Shown: piece after piece, positions 18,867 to 28,431 of the stretch
Position numbering within the stretch: position 1 is the stretch's first letter
Layout: every line of letters begins with the position of its first letter
DNA from: Escherichia phage EPIMAM01
Sequence record: PQ493298
Reading direction: 5' to 3' (one strand)
Length of the DNA stretch: 64,000 nt
The notes under the pieces: generated by a model
Told to the model about the DNA's origin: nothing
The model's input: only the letters and a program-made list of their open reading frames with translations
The model's database searches: none
Made by a program: the position numbers and the translations under genes

Positions 18867-20294
18867 CTAAAATTTTAATTCATTTGCCAAAGCATCTAAC
18901 TGAGCTCGAGCAGATTCGTTTCTTTGATAGCGATTCTGTTCAGCCTGAATCTGCTGTGAACCTGCTACTTCGTTCACTTCAGTTGGAGTAGAATCTTGTT
19001 CAATTTCTACCCATTTCTGATTTCCTTTTTGAACACCCATCAAAAACTTATTCCATTTATTCTTATCACCATATCGTGATTTGATTTGCTTAATGAGTTG
19101 TTGTTCAGCAGCTGCTAGCTCCTCGGTTTCAATGACCGCAAGCATAAAATCGGCTGTTGCTGGAAGGCCGGCAGATTCTGCAATATCGCTCATGTTAACA
19201 TCAGAAGAGTCCCAAGCTTGTTTACCAACCTGTGCTGCGGTCCAAAGAACAGTTTCGGTTTCAACAGCCAGAGCACGCAATTCCTCTGCGATAGCTTTAA
19301 CAGTTGTGTAACTATTTTCTGAATAAACTCTAATGCGGCAAGATTTACAAATACCCAGATAGTCAACAATAATGATTGTTGGAACAAAATTCTTCTTGAG
19401 CTTTAATTCATTCAAAAGAGAACGAAATGTATTAGCGTCTGCTCCACCGGTAGGATATTGTTTAACGATTAAACGGCCGAGAGTAGATTTCTCACGCCAT
19501 TTTTCCATTTTTCCTTTATACTCAGCGTAAGAAATATGCCCATCATCAATGTCATCAAGAGAAACATCAAGCATATTAGCATCAATACGCTTAGCACAGA
19601 CTTCTTCTGCCATTTCCATGGAAATGTAAAGAACATTATGTCCGAGCTGCAAATAATCTGCTGCCAATGAACACAGACCTAATGACTTACCGACGTTAAC
19701 ACCAGCCATTAAAACGTTCAGTGTTCCAGTTTCAGCTCCACCTTTAGTAATTTTATTTAGAATTTTGAGTCTAAATGGAACCTTACGAGCTTTATTCATA
19801 TAAGATAGCCAACGTGCTTCGTAGTCATCCATCCAATCATGACCAACGTAACTATCAAATGAAATTGATAATGCTTGGCGCATGATGTCAGGAATAGCAC
19901 CTACATCTGGCATTTTCTTATTTCGTTTTTCCGGAGGAAGCTCAGCATTAGTTTGAATTTCAATTATTTTAGACGTAGCATTAAACATCGCCCTTTGCTG
20001 AACATATTTTTCTGTTTCTTTTACTAACCAGCTGTGGTCTTCCGGAGAATCGGCTAGTTTTGAAATAAGTGTTTTTACACCAGAATATTCTGTTTCAGTA
20101 AATGAACTATTTTCTAATGCAACATTTAACGCATTAATAGATGGAACGCTATGGTATTCATTAACATGAGATTTAATTAATTTGAATGTATTTTTAGCTG
20201 GACCACTTTCAAAATATTCTGAATCCATATATGGCCAAACTTTTGAAAAATAAGCTTGATCAAATATGAGATGGGAAAGAATAATTTCTACCAC
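18867..20294 (-). CDS. 41: replicative DnaB-like helicase
   Basis: Track ORF 475 aa; Walker A GVNVGKS; matches T4 gp41. Confidence 0.92.
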   Translation of the reverse strand: MVEIILSHLIFDQAYFSKVWPYMDSEYFESGPAKNTFKLIKSHVNEYHSVPSINALNVALENSSFTETEYSGVKTLISKLADSPEDHSWLVKETEKYVQQRAMFNATSKIIEIQTNAELPPEKRNKKMPDVGAIPDIMRQALSISFDSYVGHDWMDDYEARWLSYMNKARKVPFRLKILNKITKGGAETGTLNVLMAGVNVGKSLGLCSLAADYLQLGHNVLYISMEMAEEVCAKRIDANMLDVSLDDIDDGHISYAEYKGKMEKWREKSTLGRLIVKQYPTGGADANTFRSLLNELKLKKNFVPTIIIVDYLGICKSCRIRVYSENSYTTVKAIAEELRALAVETETVLWTAAQVGKQAWDSSDVNMSDIAESAGLPATADFMLAVIETEELAAAEQQLIKQIKSRYGDKNKWNKFLMGVQKGNQKWVEIEQDSTPTEVNEVAGSQQIQAEQNRYQRNESARAQLDALANELKF

Positions 20295-20303
20295 ACTTAC
20301 TCC

Positions 20304-20666
20304 TTAAAAGAATTTAAATTTTTTCTTTGACCTTTTATTAAATGCATCTTGTAGTTGCATTGTAATACATTTTTCTACATGAGGAGCTAACTCAGCTTTT
20401 CTTTCTTGGTCAAGAACAGCAAAGTCCATTACGACTTTTCCATCAACCCAATCTAATTTTGTCACATACACAATGTGTGTAGAACCATCTTCTAGTTTAA
20501 TGACAATCTCCTGGATAACATTTTCCATGGCAGATTTAATTATCTTAAGAGATTCATTAAAAAGACGTTCTTTTCTTTCTTCTTCCCCCTCCGAAGAGGG
20601 GGATTCATCGATAATTTCTAGATCTAAATCTAAATCATCTTTATTCATTAAATTCTTCCATATCAC
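20304..20666 (-). CDS. 40: gp40-position protein (head vertex assembly)
   Basis: Track ORF 120 aa; synteny between 41 and uvsX. Confidence 0.55.
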   Translation of the reverse strand: MIWKNLMNKDDLDLDLEIIDESPSSEGEEERKERLFNESLKIIKSAMENVIQEIVIKLEDGSTHIVYVTKLDWVDGKVVMDFAVLDQERKAELAPHVEKCITMQLQDAFNKRSKKKFKFF

Positions 20667-21822
20667 TTAACTGATCTAGGTCAGTTTCTAAATCAGCTGC
20701 TGATTTACTTTTACTTTCTGGAGATTTAAATTTTTCAACCTTTGAGTTAATCAATTCATCAACTTCAGCTTCAACAATTTCATTACTATCAATAGCACCT
20801 AACTGATAAGCACGTTTAATAGCATCTCGGAATGGCTGATGCTTAAATAAAGGACCCCAGAATGTAGTGCAATTGGTATCTTTTGCACGCCAAGATTTTT
20901 CTTCGCGAATCATCTCGCCAGTTTCTTCGTCAAGAAATTCACGAGCATACCAGCCATTTTTAGGTTTTACCACAAATCCTAATTCAAGAGCCATATCTAA
21001 CAATCCAGAATAAGGATCGATGCCACCGTCAAATTTAACATCAATAAAGAATTTACTTTTTTCTTTGACGGTACGAGATTTTTCTACATTTAGAACAAAT
21101 TGATACCCCTGAAGATCAGAACCATCTTTAATCTGGCGCTTACCGATAATGAATACAGTATCAGCCGAATACATTACGCCTGTACCACCTGTCATCACGG
21201 TTTTACTAAACATTTCAATTGTTTCAATTGTATGGTTAACCGCAACACACGGAATGTTTTTAATACTAAAATAAGGAGTAACAATACGGAATAATGACTT
21301 CAGTGATTTAGCACGAGTCATATCTGCCACAGATTTTTCATTCAAGGCATCTTCCGTTTCTTTCTTAGAAGCCATATTACCAATTGAGTCGATGAATACA
21401 ATAACTTTTTCACCACGCTCAATAGCTTCAAGCTGATTCACCATATCAATTTTCAGCTGTTCAACTGACTGAATTGGTGTATGAATTACTCGTTCCGGGT
21501 CAACTCCCATGGATCGCAAATAAGCTGGAGTAATACCAAATTCGCTATCATAGAATAGACATACCGCGCCAGGATATTTGTTCAAATACGCCGCAACCAT
21601 AGTCAAAGACATATTTGATTTAAAGTGTTTAGAAGGACCTGCAAAAATGGTTAAACCAGACTGCATACCACCATCAATTGCACCAGAAATAGCGATATTA
21701 AGCATTGGGATTTTTGTACGGATTACATCCTTTTCATTAAAGAATTTAGATGTAGTCAGTTCAGCAGTCATTTTAGAAGTGGAAGCTTTAATCAAACGGG
21801 ATTTTAAATCTGCAATAGACAT
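20641..21822 (-). CDS. uvsX: RecA-like recombinase UvsX
   Basis: Track ORF 393 aa; P-loop GPSKHFKS; N-terminus matches T4 UvsX. Confidence 0.92.
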   Translation of the reverse strand: MSIADLKSRLIKASTSKMTAELTTSKFFNEKDVIRTKIPMLNIAISGAIDGGMQSGLTIFAGPSKHFKSNMSLTMVAAYLNKYPGAVCLFYDSEFGITPAYLRSMGVDPERVIHTPIQSVEQLKIDMVNQLEAIERGEKVIVFIDSIGNMASKKETEDALNEKSVADMTRAKSLKSLFRIVTPYFSIKNIPCVAVNHTIETIEMFSKTVMTGGTGVMYSADTVFIIGKRQIKDGSDLQGYQFVLNVEKSRTVKEKSKFFIDVKFDGGIDPYSGLLDMALELGFVVKPKNGWYAREFLDEETGEMIREEKSWRAKDTNCTTFWGPLFKHQPFRDAIKRAYQLGAIDSNEIVEAEVDELINSKVEKFKSPESKSKSAADLETDLDQLSDMEEFNE

Positions 21823-21899
21823 TCATTTTTTCCATAGGCATCATTATATTTTCCTCACTGGTTAAAGATAAAGTAATTATAACACAATAAATTTAGGCA

Positions 21900-22748
21900 T
21901 TAATCAACTGCTATTGGATGAATAGCATTAAACTTATGAAATGCTTCTGATTTTTCTTTGCGCGAAACACACATGCGAAGAACCTTTAATGGCTCATCTT
22001 CTTCACCCAACGATTTTCTCTTTTCAATATTCGATGTTTTCCAACGAGCTTGCTCTGGAAACTCTCTATTGATTTGCTCAAGAGCTCTATTATGTTTTGA
22101 ATTACTACGAATTGAACTGCACCCGCCCGGAGCTTGCGCTTTTCCAGATACAACCAGATATTTGAACAGGGCCAAATGCGGATAACCTTGATTAATTAAA
22201 TTGAGAAATGCATACATATCTTCGCATAAATCAATTTTTCCATACCCAATTTGTTCTGTTGTAAGTTTCCCGAGGTCATACCAAGTATTCGTGAATCCAT
22301 ATGAATTTTCACGATAATTACCCCAAGATGAAGTAATTTTAAAAATTGGTAAACGAGCATGACCATGATAATACCCGCAATCCATGGCATCTTCAACGTA
22401 TTGAATCAATTCATAGAACTGTTCACGAGTTAACTGATTAATTTTATCTACGCAGCGACGATCATCTTTCTTTCGCATTGAACTCATACGAATAGTAGTA
22501 TCATCATCAATCATCCAAATTCGTTGACCTGCATACATATCAGTAATTGCTTTACGAGTACCAGCAATTCCATTAACATCATCAGGAATAGTTATAATTT
22601 TGGCTCTAGACCCGTAAGCGTCATAATAAGCTTTTTCTTCGTGTTCACGTACTACAATATGCGGTTCATAATCAGATGGAAACATATCAAGGGCAGAAAC
22701 TGCCCCTACGCGTTGATAGCTTGGAATTACGAATTGAATCATTTCCAC
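21900..22748 (-). CDS. putative GT-A fold glycosyltransferase (DNA glucosylation)
   Basis: Track ORF 282 aa; VIPSYQR and DDD (DxD) motifs; sits where T4 carries beta-gt but does not resemble it. Confidence 0.55.
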   Translation of the reverse strand: MEMIQFVIPSYQRVGAVSALDMFPSDYEPHIVVREHEEKAYYDAYGSRAKIITIPDDVNGIAGTRKAITDMYAGQRIWMIDDDTTIRMSSMRKKDDRRCVDKINQLTREQFYELIQYVEDAMDCGYYHGHARLPIFKITSSWGNYRENSYGFTNTWYDLGKLTTEQIGYGKIDLCEDMYAFLNLINQGYPHLALFKYLVVSGKAQAPGGCSSIRSNSKHNRALEQINREFPEQARWKTSNIEKRKSLGEEDEPLKVLRMCVSRKEKSEAFHKFNAIHPIAVD

Positions 22749-23479
22749 TCACCGTTATAATCTTTTTTCGCAATATGAGTTTCGCCAGTTTTCCACCAAT
22801 GGTCAACCAAATAAAAATGACGGGAATACACATGAAGACTTCCGACATTCCATATAATGGAACCTGCTTTATACTGACGAGTTGAATCACCTGCATTCAA
22901 ATCAGATACTAATTTATCTAGTACGTATTTTTGCCATGCATAATCATTACGGAATCCGAAGACCACGTCATTTGAACGCATGCTTACTACTGCATTGACT
23001 TTCTTATCACGAATCAGATACTGTACTGTATTCGTACACATGAAATCTGACATACCATCTTTATTGTAGTCAAACTGCATGGATGGACGAGTATAAATCA
23101 TGATACCACGTCGAGAATCAGGATTTTGACCAAGTTCAGCTAAACACATATCATACTGGGCATAGTTATCTTCTGACCAGATGGCCCAACCATAATTCGA
23201 GTTAATTTCTCCTTTAGAAGATGATACCTGTTGCCAAATCTTCGGCGTTTCACCCGGAATATCTTTAACAAACAAACTTTTAGATTTATACCATTCAAGT
23301 TCACGCTGAATGTATTCATCATTAAGAGCGCCAAAAATAAACGGTTCATCTGCTACAAATGATGCGCCAATAATTTCAATAGTTTTAACGCCAGTTTTAT
23401 CAATTACGAAATCTTTTTCCTTTAACGCAATTCCCAAATGAAGACGAGTTTCTTCAACTGTCAAAGAGTCATTAATCAT
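22739..23479 (-). CDS. 42: dCMP hydroxymethylase
   Basis: Track ORF 246 aa; thymidylate-synthase-like; matches T4 gp42. Confidence 0.92.
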   Translation of the reverse strand: MINDSLTVEETRLHLGIALKEKDFVIDKTGVKTIEIIGASFVADEPFIFGALNDEYIQRELEWYKSKSLFVKDIPGETPKIWQQVSSSKGEINSNYGWAIWSEDNYAQYDMCLAELGQNPDSRRGIMIYTRPSMQFDYNKDGMSDFMCTNTVQYLIRDKKVNAVVSMRSNDVVFGFRNDYAWQKYVLDKLVSDLNAGDSTRQYKAGSIIWNVGSLHVYSRHFYLVDHWWKTGETHIAKKDYNGEWK

Positions 23480-23486
23480 TTAAACC

Positions 23487-23636
23487 TCAATTGATGCATT
23501 CATATTTAACTTGTAACAGTAATAAACCCCAACCTATAATAAGTGTCGGAATCATACAAGGAACCGTTACGCTATAGTATATACTTATTATAATCATCAA
23601 GATTAAAAGCAATACTGCTAAAATTTTGCTTTTCAT
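23487..23636 (-). CDS. candidate small hydrophobic peptide
   Basis: 49-aa ORF; ATGA overlap with the imm stop; but it also contains a middle-promoter-like element, so it may be non-coding. Confidence 0.3.
   Translation of the reverse strand: MKSKILAVLLLILMIIISIYYSVTVPCMIPTLIIGWGLLLLQVKYECIN
23587..23612 (-). promoter_or_regulatory. middle-promoter-like element upstream of gene 42
   Basis: MotA-box-like TTGCTTTT, 12 nt spacer, TATAAT on the minus strand. Confidence 0.45.
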
Positions 23637-23884
23637 TCCTTCTCTCTGATGATAATTACTTGGTTTTGCTGTGCAGATTTTTTAGTTTCACCCGCAATTG
23701 ACCAAATAAATGTAATAAACCAACCAATAATTGACCAGTTAAACAGTAAAGATGTAAAAAAGATTCCTACTGTCGATTTTGACCCACGCATCAAGGCGAT
23801 GAACCACGGAAGCATGTATATAATAATAGCCAACACGCCTGAAACTAAAACCATAAAAATTGAACCCGCTACTAAAGTTTCCAT
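23633..23884 (-). CDS. imm: immunity to superinfection membrane protein
   Basis: Track ORF 83 aa; two hydrophobic helices; size and position match T4 Imm. Confidence 0.65.
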   Translation of the reverse strand: METLVAGSIFMVLVSGVLAIIIYMLPWFIALMRGSKSTVGIFFTSLLFNWSIIGWFITFIWSIAGETKKSAQQNQVIIIREKE

Positions 23885-23891
23885 CTTTTCC

Positions 23892-24272
23892 TCACTTAGT
23901 CAAATTTTTTACACATGAATTATAAGAATTCACTACATACTCCATCGGAGCATTTTTACCTGTACGCCATTGGTAATTATTAGCCCAATTAGCCCAAAGT
24001 TCGGCGCAGTAGTTTTCAATTTTTTCTTCGCGTGTAATTACATCTGAATTACGATATGCTTGAGCAGATTCATCTGGACGAATAGCTTCGTCAAAATTCG
24101 CCTGCATTTGTTCTACTGTCTGTTTTGGAGCTTCTTTATAACACTTGACGTTAGGATTATAAAATTTGCTTGAACAGTTTACAATTTTTCCTACATCAGA
24201 TTGATTTACTACCGGTCCTTGAGCTACACAGCCAGTAAGACCCAATGTAATAACCAAAATAGCAATTTTCAT
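23892..24272 (-). CDS. lipoprotein
   Basis: Track ORF 126 aa; signal peptide with lipobox LTGC. Confidence 0.55.
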   Translation of the reverse strand: MKIAILVITLGLTGCVAQGPVVNQSDVGKIVNCSSKFYNPNVKCYKEAPKQTVEQMQANFDEAIRPDESAQAYRNSDVITREEKIENYCAELWANWANNYQWRTGKNAPMEYVVNSYNSCVKNLTK

Positions 24273-24282
24273 AATAATTTCC

Positions 24283-24540
24283 TCAAATACAAGTAGTAAT
24301 TACTCCAGTAGTGCTTGCACAGGTATTACCTAATTGAACACCAAGCGTTCCATTAGTATTCATATGAAGATTATCATCAATTTTTGTTGATACTTTACCA
24401 TTCATGTGAATAACAGTATTAGATTCAATCACATTCTGAGTGTCATTTTCAATATCAATAAATGGAACAGCTGCTAATGCAACTAGAACAACTGCTAATG
24501 CAACTAAACACGCTGCTAAACAACCATAAACAATTTTCAT
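24283..24540 (-). CDS. small membrane-anchored protein
   Basis: Track ORF 24283..24729 trimmed to internal ATG (MKIVYG) with GGAG SD; N-terminal TM helix; the longer start runs through promoter and terminator. Confidence 0.5.
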   Translation of the reverse strand: MKIVYGCLAACLVALAVVLVALAAVPFIDIENDTQNVIESNTVIHMNGKVSTKIDDNLHMNTNGTLGVQLGNTCASTTGVITTCI

Positions 24541-24574
24541 TTTATTCTCCAAATCCGTATCAGTTGATAGTTGT

Positions 24575-24604
24575 ATAGTACCATGGACGAACAGGGATGT
24601 AAAC
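24575..24604 (-). promoter_or_regulatory. T4-type early promoter with conserved leader
   Basis: GTTTAC, 18 nt, TACTAT; 47-bp promoter-leader identical to 51331..51377. Confidence 0.6.
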
Positions 24605-24692
24605 AGTTTTGTGAAAAAATTTTTAATGAATTTAAAGGACCTAGAATCATCTATTTTTCCTAAGTATAGATTTATATTACTTGTATGAAAAA

Positions 24693-24708
24693 GGGACCCG
24701 GAGGTCCC
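24693..24708 (-). terminator. hairpin downstream of gene 43
   Basis: gggacccggaggtccc stem-loop. Confidence 0.55.
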
Positions 24709-24721
24709 TAGATTTATTCTA

Positions 24722-27418
24722 TCAGCCAAACAGGAAGTCTAACGAAGCTTTTTCCTCATAGTCCATACCTGCCGATTCACACATACCCGCAAGAGGTTTA
24801 ACAAACGATTTTTGGAACAAAGTTGAGTAGTCAATCCAAGACAGTACGTCAGAACGAATTTCTTTTGGAAGTTCCGTACCCGATGGCCAAGCAATGCACT
24901 TGTCACCAAATGGATTTCCTTCACGTAATGGAAGAACCATTACCTTATTTCCATCCAAAATTGGAGCTACACCTAAACCGCTAACAGCTCGACGATAAGT
25001 TAGCACACCACGAATATGGAATGGACATTTAAATCCTGGCCAACCTTTATCATCATATTTCGCTATATCGTTCGCAGTTTTTACTTCAGCAATAACTTTA
25101 TAGTCAAGTTGACGATATTCTTTCTCAAAGTTCTTGTAGTATTCTTGGACAGACTCTTCACCTTCCTGAAGAATACGACGAATACTTTCTTCGAGAGCTT
25201 CTTGCACTGCTTTTGGTGTTGAGCTCTGCTGAGTTTCCATACCCATGATTTTTAGATGCGGTTCGGCAAATCGCTTATCTTCCATATCATAAACGTTCAG
25301 AGCATAACGTTTTTTCGCTTTCCAAAATCCACCAACACCCTTTGAACCGAGCGGAGGGCAAGAAATAGCTTCACGGTCCATATGCATCAGATGCTCGCGG
25401 TTATTCATATAATCACATAACTCACGATATGCAACATCAATCATAGGTTCCATCTTTTTCTTACCGAATTGATTCATGAATTCAACTAAATCATTTTGTT
25501 CTTTAAAGCGGTCAAGACCTACTTTTTCAATAACTTTATCTACACAAACATATACCGAATCAGTATCACCTGCTGCGATGAAATCTTCACCATTAGTTCC
25601 ACATACTTTATTCAGATATTCATTAATTTTGCGAGCAATCCATTGAATACCGACTTGACCGAAAATTGTGATAGCAGTAGCATTTCGCAAATCATAGTAG
25701 CGGAAATGAATATTACCAAGAGCACCATAAAGACTGTTAATAAGAATTTTACGGTTCAGCTGATTTGTGTTAGCAAGCGTAGCTGCTTTTTCACATTCTT
25801 CGATCAGACTATTAAGAACAGATTCAGTGTAATTCGATAATTCGTTTAAAAAATCATCACTGAACTTAACATATCGTTCAACTTCTGGTTTAGTTGAGCA
25901 AGACCCTGCACCTTTCATAATAATCTTTTTAATAGCTTCGGCATTCATTTCTTCCGCGAACATTTTCTTTTTCCAATCTTTACGCTGGAAAAATACTTTA
26001 GCGATTTCCTTTGGAATGATACCTTCTTGGTGCTTATCATACATCCATCCATTCGGAGAACAAGAATATTCATCACTTGGCTTAGGAGCTGTTCCTGCGA
26101 TATATTCATGAATTGGATGAACTTTAAACTGTCCACGAATAGTCTCAGGACTAATGTTAACCTGACGAATAATGCTAGGATACAGAGACGTCAAGTCAAA
26201 ACTCATAATGTATCGACGAGCAATCGGTTTAGGTTCAAACACAAATGCACCCGGAAAACTCTGTTTAACGTGCGAACCTTGTTGAGGAATAACCTTATGT
26301 TCACCTTTCAGTGAGTTAAAAATAATAGCATCCCAAGTTTTAATAGGACTCATTACACCAGAAAAAGGCATTTTAGCGTAATAGGACATACTTAAAACTA
26401 GATCGATAAACCCACGAATTTTATCAATTGCTTGAACTGATTCTACGTCAATGATGTTATAACTAATGTATCGTTGATGATTAGTCTCACGAAGTTTATT
26501 AATAGGACCATCGTACGGCAATTTACCTTTTTTGGTTTCATGCTGAGCAACTGATTCCAAAGAGAACGATGGCAAATTAGTAAATGCGAATTTCTTGTAC
26601 AAATCTAAATAATCAAGAATAGATACGCCATCAATAGAATAAATTTCTTTGCTACCGTACATATTTTGAATTAGTTTAGATTTTACTCGACCGATTGGAG
26701 AGAAGCGTTTCATACTACGTTCACCGAGAACCATTTTAACACGATTCATGATATACGGAACGTCAAATCCCTCAATATTCCAACCGGTAAAAATAGCAGG
26801 TCGTTTCTGTTCCCAGAGATTAATATATTCCATGAGCATATCACGCTCATTATCAAATGGCATATAAATTACTCGGTCAAGAATTTCTTGAGGAACTTCA
26901 TCACCACCTTCACAGTCAAGCTTAGCAGCTAACTTTGCATCCCATTTTGATACTGAACCGTACATTGAATTCAACAAATCAAAGACGTAAAAACGGTCGT
27001 CAATTGAATCATAATGAGTGATAGCATCAATTTCATATTCTGCTTTCATTGGGTCAGGAAATTTATCACCAGTAACCTCAATGTCACAGTTAGCTACACG
27101 AACAAATTTTCGGTCATAAACAATTTCTGAACCATATGTATCACTGATATAAGCGAGTTTAAAATCGTTCATACCGAGAGCTTCGAGACCGATGTCTTCC
27201 ATTCGTTTCATCCAATCTCGTGCATCTTTCATTGATGGAAATTTTTGAGGAGCACAATTTTTACCATAAATGTCTTTGTATTTTGACTCTTCCTTACAAT
27301 GCCTAAACATAGTCGGAAGATATTCTACTTCACGGGTACGTTCCTTTCCATTTTCATCAATATAACGTTCAACAATATTATTTCCGACTGTTTCGATAGA
27401 GATATAAAATTCTTTCAT
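24722..27418 (-). CDS. 43: family B DNA polymerase
   Basis: Track ORF 898 aa; exo motif CDIEV and polymerase motif GDTDS; matches T4 gp43. Confidence 0.95.
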   Translation of the reverse strand: MKEFYISIETVGNNIVERYIDENGKERTREVEYLPTMFRHCKEESKYKDIYGKNCAPQKFPSMKDARDWMKRMEDIGLEALGMNDFKLAYISDTYGSEIVYDRKFVRVANCDIEVTGDKFPDPMKAEYEIDAITHYDSIDDRFYVFDLLNSMYGSVSKWDAKLAAKLDCEGGDEVPQEILDRVIYMPFDNERDMLMEYINLWEQKRPAIFTGWNIEGFDVPYIMNRVKMVLGERSMKRFSPIGRVKSKLIQNMYGSKEIYSIDGVSILDYLDLYKKFAFTNLPSFSLESVAQHETKKGKLPYDGPINKLRETNHQRYISYNIIDVESVQAIDKIRGFIDLVLSMSYYAKMPFSGVMSPIKTWDAIIFNSLKGEHKVIPQQGSHVKQSFPGAFVFEPKPIARRYIMSFDLTSLYPSIIRQVNISPETIRGQFKVHPIHEYIAGTAPKPSDEYSCSPNGWMYDKHQEGIIPKEIAKVFFQRKDWKKKMFAEEMNAEAIKKIIMKGAGSCSTKPEVERYVKFSDDFLNELSNYTESVLNSLIEECEKAATLANTNQLNRKILINSLYGALGNIHFRYYDLRNATAITIFGQVGIQWIARKINEYLNKVCGTNGEDFIAAGDTDSVYVCVDKVIEKVGLDRFKEQNDLVEFMNQFGKKKMEPMIDVAYRELCDYMNNREHLMHMDREAISCPPLGSKGVGGFWKAKKRYALNVYDMEDKRFAEPHLKIMGMETQQSSTPKAVQEALEESIRRILQEGEESVQEYYKNFEKEYRQLDYKVIAEVKTANDIAKYDDKGWPGFKCPFHIRGVLTYRRAVSGLGVAPILDGNKVMVLPLREGNPFGDKCIAWPSGTELPKEIRSDVLSWIDYSTLFQKSFVKPLAGMCESAGMDYEEKASLDFLFG

Positions 27419-27436
27419 AGATATTCCTTAGTTTAT

Positions 27437-27454
27437 AGCCCGAGTTATTAGGCT
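27437..27454 (-). promoter_or_regulatory. gene 43 translational operator hairpin
   Basis: Transcript reads GAGCC-UAAUAACUC-GGGCU just 5' of the gp43 SD; AAUAACUC loop matches the classic operator. Confidence 0.65.
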
Positions 27455-27476
27455 CTTGATATATTATACTCCAAAT

Positions 27477-27494
27477 AAGGGGCCGAAGCCCCTT
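27477..27494 (-). terminator. tetraloop hairpin downstream of regA
   Basis: aaggggccgaagcccctt. Confidence 0.55.
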
Positions 27495-27496
27495 GC

Positions 27497-27865
27497 TTAA
27501 TTACCAATCGTATATTTAGGAACGAGTTTCCATTCATGTTTTTGTTTAAAAGAAATAACTCGGAAGTTATTGGTTAAATCTTTCATAAAAGTTCTTTGTC
27601 CAGGAACGATTTCAATCAGTCCCCAATCTTCTAACAGCCACGCAATCGAATCACGACGAACTTCATCTTCTTCTGTCATTTCAACCTGACGGCCATCCAT
27701 ACGAAGCATTTCTTTAAAATGAACGATATAGTATAGTCCTTTTTTCTGAAGAATGTGGCAGGACTGATACAGAACTTTATCTTTATTATTAGCAATTCCC
27801 ATACGAGTCAAAGTTTCTTTTACTTTCAGAAAATCTTCAGGTTTTTTAAGAGTAATTTCAATCAT
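27497..27865 (-). CDS. regA: translational repressor RegA
   Basis: Track ORF 122 aa; matches T4 RegA. Confidence 0.9.
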   Translation of the reverse strand: MIEITLKKPEDFLKVKETLTRMGIANNKDKVLYQSCHILQKKGLYYIVHFKEMLRMDGRQVEMTEEDEVRRDSIAWLLEDWGLIEIVPGQRTFMKDLTNNFRVISFKQKHEWKLVPKYTIGN

Positions 27866-27866
27866 T

Positions 27867-28430
27867 TTACCATTCCAATGCTAGTTTTTTGAGTTGTTTC
27901 TGTTCTTTTACATTCTTAGTCACTTCTTTTAAAAAATCATCCGTGACTAAACCTTTTAGTTCTTTTAATACTAAAGGAAGTTTTCCATTTTTAGTAAGAA
28001 TTGATTTATAGTTAATTGCATCATTTGTATTAACTTGATATCGCTTAGCAAGTAACTTAATAATCAATACTTCAGTAGAATCTTCGACCAGTTTTGCCCA
28101 TTTACCATATCTTTTACCACGAGGAACAGCAGCCATCAGATAATTAAAATGGGCTTCATCGCTTAAACCTGATCCAATTAAATTCATCGCATATACAGCT
28201 GGCATGCATTCAGGAAATTGTGATAATGCATTCTCAACCATGTATTTTGAATAATCTTTTTGAGCAATAGAGCATTTAGTTTTATTATTAATAGCTCCAA
28301 TTATTTCAAAAAATTCATTTTCAGCTTTTTCCTTAAAAGAATCAGCAGCAGATTGGACAGCTGTCCAATCTTTTGAATACCAAGCAACTTGATGCTCGTT
28401 TAATTGAATATCATCTTCAAATAAGCTCAT
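27867..28430 (-). CDS. 62: clamp loader small subunit
   Basis: Track ORF 187 aa; synteny regA-62-44-45. Confidence 0.85.
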   Translation of the reverse strand: MSLFEDDIQLNEHQVAWYSKDWTAVQSAADSFKEKAENEFFEIIGAINNKTKCSIAQKDYSKYMVENALSQFPECMPAVYAMNLIGSGLSDEAHFNYLMAAVPRGKRYGKWAKLVEDSTEVLIIKLLAKRYQVNTNDAINYKSILTKNGKLPLVLKELKGLVTDDFLKEVTKNVKEQKQLKKLALEW

Positions 28431-28431
28431 A

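Noticed and set aside
22687-23349. Minus-strand track ORFs 22687..22896 and 23140..23349 nested in gene 42
   Set aside because: They are out-of-frame shadows inside the dCMP hydroxymethylase gene.
24541-24729. N-terminal 63 codons of track ORF 24283..24729
   Set aside because: The extension reads through an early promoter, a late-like box and the gene 43 terminator hairpin and overlaps the gene 43 stop; an internal ATG with a GGAG SD is the better start.
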